The notes under the pieces were generated by a model. The model was given only the letters and a program-made list of their open reading frames with translations, was not told where the DNA came from and did no database searches. From contig NQJD01000029.1 in the NCBI GenBank assembly GCA_004284765.1, positions 1,387 to 33,386 of the forward strand: DNA of 32,000 bases, written 5' to 3'. Of the stretch, positions 8,054 through 15,747 are shown piece after piece. Numbering within the stretch: the first letter of the stretch is position 1; every line of letters begins with the position of its first letter. The stretch comes from Candidatus Electronema aureum (GTDB lineage: Bacteria; Desulfobacterota; Desulfobulbia; Desulfobulbales; Desulfobulbaceae). The position numbers and the translations under genes are program-made.

Positions 8054-9391
8054 TCAGCGGAGAATAATTTTGACCGTCTTGCCCGGTATGACCTCCTGAT
8101 TGCCGTAAAAAATCATGCTTGAATATCTGGGCAGAAAAAATCGAGCATAGATGGAACGCCACGTCTCGTCGGACCGCACTTGGTATTTCCAGAGTATGAG
8201 GCCCTCGCGCTGTTCAATCTTGCGTTGATAAAAGGCGGCAGCCTCGCGGCGGTCAGTAAAAAGTCGCACCGAGCTGCCCTTTCTGATGAAGCCGAGGAAA
8301 ATGTGGGGGTTCTGCTCCATTACCACCGGATAATATTTGCGGTTGCCGTAGAACCGCTCGGCAATGTCCCAAGCATTTTCTCCGTCCTTGACTAAATAAG
8401 AGAACGTTCCTCCGCGCTGTATTGGCGCGAAATTCTGCACCTGTTCAGCAGCAGGAGTACCGACTGTTTCCATCGCTATCGACTTCACCCGGTGCTTCCT
8501 GTACTTAGGCGTAAGAACTACAGGCGGCGTTTCCGGTAGAACGGCCAGTTCAGCATTGTTTTCCGATGGAATAGCCTGCGCTACGGCTAAAGCCTGTGGT
8601 TCAGCTACTACCACAGCCGCTTCTACTTCTGCCGGATTTGCTGATTTTTCCTCCGCTGGTGCCAATGGCACTGCTTGCTCCGTTGTTTTTTCAACAGGAA
8701 CTGGTGGTGGCATCTTACTGCCTAACAACTCTACCTCGGCTGTGTCCGGGAGTACCTCCTCTCGAACAACTTTTACAAGTTTTGTCGCCTCGTTCTCAGC
8801 TTCTACCGTTTTTTTCTGATCTACAGGAAGCTCATCCGGCACAAGGGCACGCTCGCTTTTTTCCTTGGCGACAACAGGCACAGCATTCTCCTCTGTATTC
8901 TTGCTGGAAGTCTGCTCGTGGTTTTCGCCTACAAGTTCCTGCTTTGCTGCGACAGTTTCCGTCTCTCGCTCATCCAAGATGCGCACCTGAGCATCAATAT
9001 GAATTTTGCTTTCAGGAGGCAGCACCGGTTCGACAACGTTTTTATTTTCTGGCGCGGATGACAATGACTCTTCGTGCTTTTTCTTCATTGCCGCCCGCTG
9101 TTCCGCCGCCTTGAGTTCGGCTAACTGGTGGTCTAATTCAGACAAACGACTTTTCATGCTCACTGATAGACCAGCAAGGAGCAACAGGACAGCAGTCACA
9201 ATGATCGCGATAGCAACCCAAGGAAAACGACGTTTGGGTAGCAGAGCTGCTGCTGTTTTGGCCGCTGCTGGGTCAGAGAGCGAATCTAAGGCTTGAAAAC
9301 AGGTCAGGTCTGCATCGCACTGAGGGCAGCTGCCGCAGTTCGGCGGTAAGCCGTGCCGTCCACAAACCGGACAGGTGTGCGTCTGACTCAT
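8054..9391 (-). CDS. Zinc-ribbon / single-TM / coiled-coil / low-complexity / LysM-like envelope-anchored protein
   Basis: 445 aa with these elements in order:
- N-terminal CPVC-x8-CGSCPQC.
- TM helix FPWVAIAIIVTAVLLLLAGLSV.
- Coiled coil (SELDHQLAELKAAEQRAA).
- About 200 aa of E/P/A/V-rich spacer.
- Two degenerate LysM-like units (YLVKDGENAWDIAERFYG..., YQVRSDETWRSIYARFF...).
Its start overlaps the Hsp70 gene stop (ATGA, 9388-9391). Confidence 0.7.
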   Translation of the reverse strand: MSQTHTCPVCGRHGLPPNCGSCPQCDADLTCFQALDSLSDPAAAKTAAALLPKRRFPWVAIAIIVTAVLLLLAGLSVSMKSRLSELDHQLAELKAAEQRAAMKKKHEESLSSAPENKNVVEPVLPPESKIHIDAQVRILDERETETVAAKQELVGENHEQTSSKNTEENAVPVVAKEKSERALVPDELPVDQKKTVEAENEATKLVKVVREEVLPDTAEVELLGSKMPPPVPVEKTTEQAVPLAPAEEKSANPAEVEAAVVVAEPQALAVAQAIPSENNAELAVLPETPPVVLTPKYRKHRVKSIAMETVGTPAAEQVQNFAPIQRGGTFSYLVKDGENAWDIAERFYGNRKYYPVVMEQNPHIFLGFIRKGSSVRLFTDRREAAAFYQRKIEQREGLILWKYQVRSDETWRSIYARFFLPRYSSMIFYGNQEVIPGKTVKIILR

Positions 9392-11703
9392 TTGCGAATA
9401 TCTCGGTGAATTTTCTGAATGCTGCGACCGTGCTGGTCCAGCACCTCTTCGACTTCTGGCATCACTGCCAGCACCTGTTCAAAACGCAGCTCCTCGCCCG
9501 CCTCAGCCGAGGCCAGCACCTCTGCTGCCGCCCGCATAAAACGCTTGGCCTTATCTGGCTCAGTTTGGTGGCAAATTTCGCAAGCATTCTCAATCTGCGT
9601 CAAGGCGTGTACCACCTCCAGTCCCGGATTCTCTAAAACATTGGACAGCTCATCCATTGCCTGCATGGTTTCCTCATAGCTTCCTTCTTCATCGGTCTCG
9701 CGCAGCTGCTGGATTTTTCTCAAAATGCGTTCCTGTAAGGCTGGCGCGATCAGCATTCCATAATCCGCCAACATGCTTTCTGCGTAATAAATCTGGGTTA
9801 GCGGAGCTTCCTCGGCTTCGGAGATGCGCACCGCCTTGTTGATCTTTTCCTCCACCCGACGGCAAGCAGCTCCATCAACCTCACCGGTTTGCGCATCAAC
9901 CACTTTATGGAGCGCGCGAATAATACCTTTAGCCCGACAGAGCAAATCGGCCACCGTATAGGTAGAGCAGCCTTTGCGGTCAGCCTCATTAATGATCTGC
10001 TCAAGGCGCAGAAAGAGTCGCTCATCCGCCTTGCCGCGCGAGAGCGTACCTTCCACCTTCCCCTTGAGTTGGCCGACTAAGGCCGCCTGCACTGAAACCA
10101 AATTATTTTCATCGATGTTCAAAGTGACAGCAAGACGCGGCAATTCTTCCGTCTGCGGCGCGGTTGTGCTATCTCGATCGATGCCTAACCAAAGGTCGCC
10201 GATGCGTTCCTCTTTGTTATTGACCACATTATAAAATTGCATATGCACCAGCTCTTGTTCGGCATCAACAAGCTGAAAAATCTCCGTGCTGGAGCAGGGT
10301 AATACACTGTTTTTTTTCACCAAGAGAAAACGCTGATCATTCTCCAAGCGGATGAAGTAGTCATGGGCCGCTGCATGAACGATATCGACCAGACCATGCT
10401 TGGTTGTGTAGGTTGCGAGATTAAATTGGCAATGCGGGCAGTTGGCGTTATGCTGGGATGTTTCCCCACCGCAGCTCGGACATTCCAGCGTATCTGCTAA
10501 TCGATGGCTGAGAATAGCTGCACCTTCGGCCACTGCCAACATAGGCCGCTCATGGAGTAACACTTTGTCTGCACCAAATTCCTGCCGCAGCGTCTTGATT
10601 ACACAGGGAATACGCGAACTACCGCCGACTAAAAGCACATGGTCAATCAAATCCGGGCTGAAATACGCCTCGGCCAGTAAATTTCGCAGCAATCGGAGCA
10701 TGGTTGTCAGCAAAGGAGCCAGCATCTCCTCTAACTGTTCTTGGCTCAATTCTGCTTCAATATGAATCGGATCGCCGTCCTCGTCCGTGAGCAAACCAAG
10801 CACAGCAATGCAGGCTTCGGGGCTGTCGCTGAGGGCAATTTTAGCCTTTTCTGCCGCCGTTTTTAGTTCGGCAAGCAAACGATTGCGCTGACTTGGCTCC
10901 AGCCGTCCGAGCAGAGCGCGGAGGCGAACATCATCCATGCCTTCCTTGGCCGCTGTTTCTCGCAGGGCATGGCTAATGATCAGGTTGTCGATGTCCTCGC
11001 CACCTAACCACATGTCGCCGCCTTTGGCCATTTCAATGATCTGGCCGCCGCTGATCGCCAGCAGCGAGAGGTCGAGAGTGCCGCCGCCGAAATCAAAAAC
11101 CAGCACGGTTTTGCCTTCGTCACTAGATATCTGATCCACGCCAAAGGAAATGGCTGCTGCTGTCGGCTCGGACAAAAGACGGCTGACTTTGAGACCAGCC
11201 AAAGCAGCAGCGGTGCGGGTGGCGTGCTTTTGTTTATCGTTGAAATAGGCAGGCACGGTGATCACTGCTGTCTCTACCTCATCACCGAGGATACGTTCGG
11301 CATCAGCCTTGATTTTAATGAGAATCTGGGCTGAAATTTCTTCTGGGCTGAACTCTCGTCCTCCGGCAGCAATCGCCAAACTGTTCTGAGAACCGCTGGA
11401 ATAGGGCGAGAGCGGACAGCGAAATCTGCCGTTTTTAATCAGTTCTTGCACTTCTGGATCGTGAAAATTGCGTCCAATTAGCCGCTTGACCGCTGTGATA
11501 GTGTTCTCCGGTTCCTGCCGCAGCCATTCCAAAGCGTGGCGACCGACGATGAACTCTGGTTTGCGTATCAGCCGTTTACGAACAGTGACGCAAGAAGGAG
11601 TGATGAAGTCACCTTCTGCATTTTTCAGCACCTCAACCCGCACTTTTTTAATCGCGGCAGCGGAATTGGTAGTTCCCAGATCAATGCCGATGGATTTTTT
11701 CAT
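9388..11703 (-). CDS. Atypical Hsp70-superfamily ATPase (771 aa) with inserted zinc ribbon and long helical tail
   Basis: Actin-fold nucleotide motifs are IGIDLGTTNS, DFGGGTLDLS and LLVGGSSRIP. CPSC-x10-CPHC (nt 10429-10482) sits right after the NBD (AVAEGAAILS). A beta-rich SBD-like segment follows, then about 200 aa of helical C-terminus. ATG 11703 (MKKSIGIDLG) is preferred over the ORF-track GTG 11763. Confidence 0.85.
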   Translation of the reverse strand: MKKSIGIDLGTTNSAAAIKKVRVEVLKNAEGDFITPSCVTVRKRLIRKPEFIVGRHALEWLRQEPENTITAVKRLIGRNFHDPEVQELIKNGRFRCPLSPYSSGSQNSLAIAAGGREFSPEEISAQILIKIKADAERILGDEVETAVITVPAYFNDKQKHATRTAAALAGLKVSRLLSEPTAAAISFGVDQISSDEGKTVLVFDFGGGTLDLSLLAISGGQIIEMAKGGDMWLGGEDIDNLIISHALRETAAKEGMDDVRLRALLGRLEPSQRNRLLAELKTAAEKAKIALSDSPEACIAVLGLLTDEDGDPIHIEAELSQEQLEEMLAPLLTTMLRLLRNLLAEAYFSPDLIDHVLLVGGSSRIPCVIKTLRQEFGADKVLLHERPMLAVAEGAAILSHRLADTLECPSCGGETSQHNANCPHCQFNLATYTTKHGLVDIVHAAAHDYFIRLENDQRFLLVKKNSVLPCSSTEIFQLVDAEQELVHMQFYNVVNNKEERIGDLWLGIDRDSTTAPQTEELPRLAVTLNIDENNLVSVQAALVGQLKGKVEGTLSRGKADERLFLRLEQIINEADRKGCSTYTVADLLCRAKGIIRALHKVVDAQTGEVDGAACRRVEEKINKAVRISEAEEAPLTQIYYAESMLADYGMLIAPALQERILRKIQQLRETDEEGSYEETMQAMDELSNVLENPGLEVVHALTQIENACEICHQTEPDKAKRFMRAAAEVLASAEAGEELRFEQVLAVMPEVEEVLDQHGRSIQKIHRDIRK

Positions 11704-11729
11704 ACCGTGTCTGTTCGGAGCAGAGGGGA

Positions 11730-12806
11730 TCAGAGGGCAGAAAGGGTAAAGCTGAAGACGCACCCTCTTTCAGCTTGATTTTCAGCTCGAAGAACACCAC
11801 CATGTAGCTCAATGATTTTTTTCACCACGGCCCAGCCGAGACGGCTATCTTTTCTACTGTCCGCCGGACCTGCTGGATCAGCAAACAAGTGTTCCAGCTC
11901 TTTTTCGCTCAAGCCCGGCCCTTGATCAGCAACCGCCACGCGGACTGCGCTGCCTGCCTGCTCCGCGCTCAAGACAACAACTGAGCCAGCCGGAGAATGC
12001 TTAACCGCGTTGCTCAAGAGATTATCTACCGCTTGTCGAATGCGGCTTGGATCAAGATTGAAAATCGGCAGCGTAGTCAGACGCTCAACAATGACGATTT
12101 GTTTCTTTGCTGCTGCTTGTTGCTGTAGTTGCGCTGCCTGCCGAAGAACTTCTGTGAGCGAGGCAGGCTGCCTGTTGATCTTAAAGGTACCATCACCAAC
12201 GGCGGAAACATCGAGCAAGTCGTTGATTAGGCGCTGCATGGCTGTGGCCGTCTCGTTAATGGCCAGCAGGTGCGTATCTATATTACTGCGCATTTCAAAA
12301 AAACTGCTATCCATCAGCATTTCGGTCATGGTGATAATGTAGCCGAGCGGATTGCGCAAATCATGGGCAGCAATGCGCAAAAAACGATCTTTAATCTTAT
12401 CTAATTCTAACAAGCGGTCGTGTGCCTCAACGAGCCGCCTGCCCACAGAAATTCGGCTGTGCAGTTCACCAATATGCACCGGTTTGCTGAGAAAATCATG
12501 CGCCCCATGATCTAAAGCATGAACCACATCCTCCTTGTCGCTTCTACCAGTGAGTAGAATGGTGTAGATCAGCGGCACAGCACCTTTTTCCTGCGCATTG
12601 AGCCGAGAGCAGATTTCTACCCCATCTAAGCCGGGCATCATCCAGTCTAACACCGCGATTCGGGGTGGTTCTGGGCTGCGCAGGATGGTCATGGCCTCCA
12701 GTCCATCCGCAGCCTCAATCACCTCATAGCCCCAGCGGGCCGCGCAATGCCGGAGCAAAATTCGGGTAGAAAGTTCATCGTCGGCGATCAGTAGTTTCAT
12801 GGACAT
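11730..12806 (-). CDS. Hybrid response-regulator receiver / histidine kinase (REC-HisKA-HATPase_c), no sensor domain
   Basis: REC domain: LLIADDE...VLDWMMPGLDG. H-box: RIAAHDLRNPL. N box: LLSNAVKHS. G boxes: DQGPGL and GWAVVKKIIELHGG. The stop lies 26 nt upstream of the Hsp70 ATG. Confidence 0.85.
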   Translation of the reverse strand: MSMKLLIADDELSTRILLRHCAARWGYEVIEAADGLEAMTILRSPEPPRIAVLDWMMPGLDGVEICSRLNAQEKGAVPLIYTILLTGRSDKEDVVHALDHGAHDFLSKPVHIGELHSRISVGRRLVEAHDRLLELDKIKDRFLRIAAHDLRNPLGYIITMTEMLMDSSFFEMRSNIDTHLLAINETATAMQRLINDLLDVSAVGDGTFKINRQPASLTEVLRQAAQLQQQAAAKKQIVIVERLTTLPIFNLDPSRIRQAVDNLLSNAVKHSPAGSVVVLSAEQAGSAVRVAVADQGPGLSEKELEHLFADPAGPADSRKDSRLGWAVVKKIIELHGGVLRAENQAERGCVFSFTLSAL

Positions 12807-12847
12807 GGTGCGTTTTTTTTCAAAAGACGGGGAAAAGGTGACGTGTC

Positions 12848-12876
12848 AACGTAAAGTAAAAACACAATGAAGTCAA
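12848..12876 (-). promoter_or_regulatory. Sigma-70 promoter candidate for the kinase-Hsp70 operon
   Basis: On the minus strand: TTGACT (12876-12871), a 17-nt spacer, then TACGTT (12853-12848). It lies about 40 nt upstream of ATG 12806. Confidence 0.3.
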
Positions 12877-13093
12877 CACGAACAGCCAGTAACTGCGAGC
12901 ATCTTCCGCAGATATTTTTCCTGCCAGCAAGTTGCCTGTTGCTCATTTTCAGAGGTATCATATATGATGGCAGCCTAATTTTGGTGTATTATACTCAGAC
13001 AGCGGCGGATTGTATATATTTTGGAAAAAATGAGCCAGCAGCGGCGCATCTTGCGCAGTTATTCAGCCTTTGTTTTTTGGCAAGAACAAAATC

Positions 13094-13690
13094 ATGACCA
13101 CTGATACCGGATTTTTGCTCTACGCCGCTCTGTACCGATTGGCTGTGCTGGCAGTTGGTGCGTTGTCTATTTGGCTGGGCTTTCGTTTGTTCAGCAATGC
13201 CAAGCAAGAGAACAGCTCGGCTGATGGCTCCGTCAGCGCGGAAGGCGGTGGTTTCAAGCTGGCCTTCACCAATTTGCTGCCCGGAACTTATTTCGCGTTG
13301 TTCGGCACGGTGATCATCAGCGTAATGCTATGGAAAGGCGAGCCGCAATTCTTTCAGCAGGAACTCAAGGAGCTGACCAAAGGCGAGAAGACAGTCACGA
13401 CAACAGAATTGCGCACCAGCATAGAACTGGAATGGAAAAAGCTGGATAAGTCCGGCATCACGCTGGCGGAAGCAGCCGAGACTATGGAAACCATTGCCAA
13501 GCTGCTGCGGCAGGAAAACCGCATCGGCGAAGCAGTGGCGATGGCAAAGCTGGCGGCTTTGTACGGCAAAGAAGAAGGCAGGGCGGAGCGTCTTGATTTG
13601 CTGGCTGAACTGCTGCGGGCAAATGGCAATGAGGAGGAGGCAGTGCAAACCGAGCAGGCCGCCGAATCCTTGCGGAGGCCAGAGAAATGA
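13094..13690 (+). CDS. Two-TM membrane protein with helical (TPR-like) C-terminal half, unknown function
   Basis: Hydrophobic helices are LLYAALYRLAVLAVGALSIWLGF and GTYFALFGTVIISVMLW. The C-terminal part is helical and E/A/L-rich. ATG 13094 is preferred over the ORF-track TTG 13070. Its stop overlaps the caspase gene start (ATGA, 13687-13690). Confidence 0.6.
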   Translation: MTTDTGFLLYAALYRLAVLAVGALSIWLGFRLFSNAKQENSSADGSVSAEGGGFKLAFTNLLPGTYFALFGTVIISVMLWKGEPQFFQQELKELTKGEKTVTTTELRTSIELEWKKLDKSGITLAEAAETMETIAKLLRQENRIGEAVAMAKLAALYGKEEGRAERLDLLAELLRANGNEEEAVQTEQAAESLRRPEK

Positions 13691-15090
13691 AGCTGCGCGG
13701 AAGACGCTTGCTGCTGCTGATCGCGCTGATCGCGCTGGCCGTGCTGCCTGCGGCGGCGCAGGCGCAGACAGCTTCCGGCTTTGGCCGTTGTTTTCATGCC
13801 GTGGTGATTGGGTGTCAGAATTACAAGCATCTCAGGACGCTGAAAACGCCGCTGGCTGATGCTAAAGCGGTCGCTAAGGTGCTGAAAGAGCAGTATGGCT
13901 TCACGGTGAACTTGCTGTTGGACAAAAACAGGGACGAAATTATGCTGGCCCTGTCCGAGCTGCGCAAAACCATGACTGCGGAAGAGGACAGCCTGCTGAT
14001 CTACTACGCCGGACACGGCTATTTGGACGAGGCGAGCGGAGCGGGGTACTGGCAGCCCGTGGATGCGGAGAAGGACAACATTGTTTATTGGCTTCCGACC
14101 TCAGAAATCAGCAATTTGCTCAGAGCAATCCGCGTTCGGCACGTGCTGGTGGTGGCAGATTCTTGCTATTCAGGGGAAATCGTCATGCGCAAATCAGAGG
14201 CGCAGCTTCCCGCCGCCGTCAGCAATGACGAATGGCTGCGGCGGATGCAGGCGAAACGGTCGCGCCAAGCCTTGACTTCCGGCCTGAAAGAGCCTGTAAT
14301 GGACGGCGGGGGCGGCGGCCATTCGATCTTCGCCAAGGCGTTGCTGGAGGCATTGCGGGAAAACCGGCAGATACTGGACGGAACAAGACTGTTCAGCCTC
14401 ATCAAAGATCCGGTCTCGAACAACGCCCTGCAACAGCCCGTGTATGACTCCATCCCGATGACCGGGCATGAGATGGGAGATTTTCTGCTGGTGCCGAAGG
14501 AGTTGCAGAAGGGAGGAATTCAGGCGCAGCCGGAGCACAAGGCGGATTTGAGTTTTCTGCAACGCAGCGGCGGTAACAGCGCAGCCACGCTGCCAGAAAA
14601 ACCGCGCCAGAATGCCGACCTACAGAAAGGCAGAACTATTGGGCAATATATTGATTATGGCGACGGCACGATAACTGACACGAAAAGCGGCTTGATGTGG
14701 AAACGCTGTCCAGAAGGTTTATTCGGCGTGAACTGCGAAGAGGGCAAGATTGAAACCTATAAATGGGATGATGTGTTTCAGCGTTTCAAGAATATCGAAT
14801 ACGCAGGCTATTCTGACTGGCGGCTGCCGACCATTGCTGAACTGAAAACTTTGGTATATTGCAGCAATGGAGTTAAAGACAAAGATTACGGTCGCTGCAA
14901 CGAGGGGTCTGAAGAACCGACGATCAATCAACAGGCTTTTCCGAATACTGAGGCAAATTACTTTTGGTCCGGGTCGCCGCATGCCGACAATTCGGACCTT
15001 GCGTGGTACGTCCATTTTGCCTATGGCAGTTCCTCCATCAGCAACCGCGTCAACAGCGATGCGGTACGTCTGGTGCGCGGCGGATGGTAG
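13687..15090 (+). CDS. Secreted caspase-family (peptidase C14) protein fused to a C-terminal DUF1566 (Lcl C-terminal, C-type-lectin-like) domain
   Basis: Sec signal peptide: MKLRGRRLLLLIALIALAVLPAAAQA. Caspase His/Cys dyad contexts: LLIYYAGHGY and VLVVADSCYSGE. The C-terminal 150 aa carry TDTKSGLMWKRC...YSDWRLPTIAELKTL...YFWSGSP...AWYVHFAYG...AVRLVRGG, the DUF1566 pattern. Confidence 0.85.
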   Translation: MKLRGRRLLLLIALIALAVLPAAAQAQTASGFGRCFHAVVIGCQNYKHLRTLKTPLADAKAVAKVLKEQYGFTVNLLLDKNRDEIMLALSELRKTMTAEEDSLLIYYAGHGYLDEASGAGYWQPVDAEKDNIVYWLPTSEISNLLRAIRVRHVLVVADSCYSGEIVMRKSEAQLPAAVSNDEWLRRMQAKRSRQALTSGLKEPVMDGGGGGHSIFAKALLEALRENRQILDGTRLFSLIKDPVSNNALQQPVYDSIPMTGHEMGDFLLVPKELQKGGIQAQPEHKADLSFLQRSGGNSAATLPEKPRQNADLQKGRTIGQYIDYGDGTITDTKSGLMWKRCPEGLFGVNCEEGKIETYKWDDVFQRFKNIEYAGYSDWRLPTIAELKTLVYCSNGVKDKDYGRCNEGSEEPTINQQAFPNTEANYFWSGSPHADNSDLAWYVHFAYGSSSISNRVNSDAVRLVRGGW

Positions 15091-15114
15091 GGACACGGCA
15101 TGCCGTGTCCCTAC
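15087..15114. repeat. REP-like 28-bp perfect palindrome (copy 1)
   Basis: GTAGGGACACGGCATGCCGTGTCCCTAC. Its TAG is the stop codon of the caspase gene. It lies 31 nt upstream of the RAYT ATG. The same core recurs at 15419-15446. Confidence 0.8.
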
Positions 15115-15144
15115 GGAATATGGTAATTATCACAGCACGATGTC

Positions 15145-15693
15145 ATGATATTCAACCCGGAAATCTACCGCCGCCGCTCCATCCGTCTGCCCGGTTACGA
15201 TTACACCAGAGCGGGCGCGTATTTCATCACCGTATGCGCCAGCGGCAAGGAATGCCTGTTCGGTGCGGTGGAAAACGGGCAAATGCGGCTGAATGATGCC
15301 GGTCGGATTGCCGATCAATGCTGGCACGACATTCCATTGCATTTTCATCATGCGATATTGGACGAATGGGTGGTAATGCCGAATCATGTGCATGGGATTG
15401 TTGTTCTTGACCATTGTCGTAGGGACACGGCATGCCGTGTCCCTACGACAATGGCGACAGCGGAACAATTTGGCCGTCCAGTTGCTGGCTCGATTTCAAC
15501 CATTGTCCGTTCATTCAAATCCGCTGTCACCCATCATCTCAACAAATTGCATGGTGCCGTCGGCGAAAAAATCTGGCAGCGCAATTTCTACGAACACATC
15601 ATCCGCAATGAAACAGAATTGCACGGCATCCGCGAATACATCCAGAACAATCCCGCCAAATGGGAATTGGATGAACTGCATGTCGCAGTGTAG
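15145..15693 (+). mobile_element. REP-associated tyrosine transposase (RAYT; IS200/IS605-type Y1 HUH transposase)
   Basis: 182-aa ORF containing RRSIRLPGYDYTRAGAYFITVC, the HUH motif MPNHVHGIVV, the catalytic-Tyr region WQRNFYEHIIRNE, and YIQNNPAKW. It is flanked 5' by the REP palindrome. Confidence 0.85.
15411..15454. repeat. 44-bp perfect palindrome inside the RAYT ORF (REP copy 2, extended arms)
   Basis: CCATTGTCGTAGGGACACGGCATGCCGTGTCCCTACGACAATGG is its own reverse complement. It encodes DHCRRDTACRVPTTMA in the linker between the HUH and Tyr motifs. The central 28 bp are identical to 15087-15114. Confidence 0.85.
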
Positions 15694-15694
15694 A

Positions 15695-15712
15695 GGCGAA
15701 AAATTTTTCGCC
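15695..15712. terminator. Palindrome / weak terminator candidate after RAYT
   Basis: GGCGAAAAATTTTTCGCC starts 2 nt after the RAYT stop. No strong T-tract follows it. Confidence 0.3.
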
Positions 15713-15747
15713 CCGGCTTGTTTTCCGCAACTTAATTCCCTCCAACC

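Noticed and set aside
14950-15114. Caspase C-terminus plus downstream GC-rich hairpin considered as a DGR variable region with its IMH/hairpin.
   Set aside because: There is no reverse transcriptase ORF and no template-repeat copy in the window. The hairpin is identical to the palindrome inside the neighbouring RAYT gene, so it is better explained as a REP. It is kept only as a genome-wide check.
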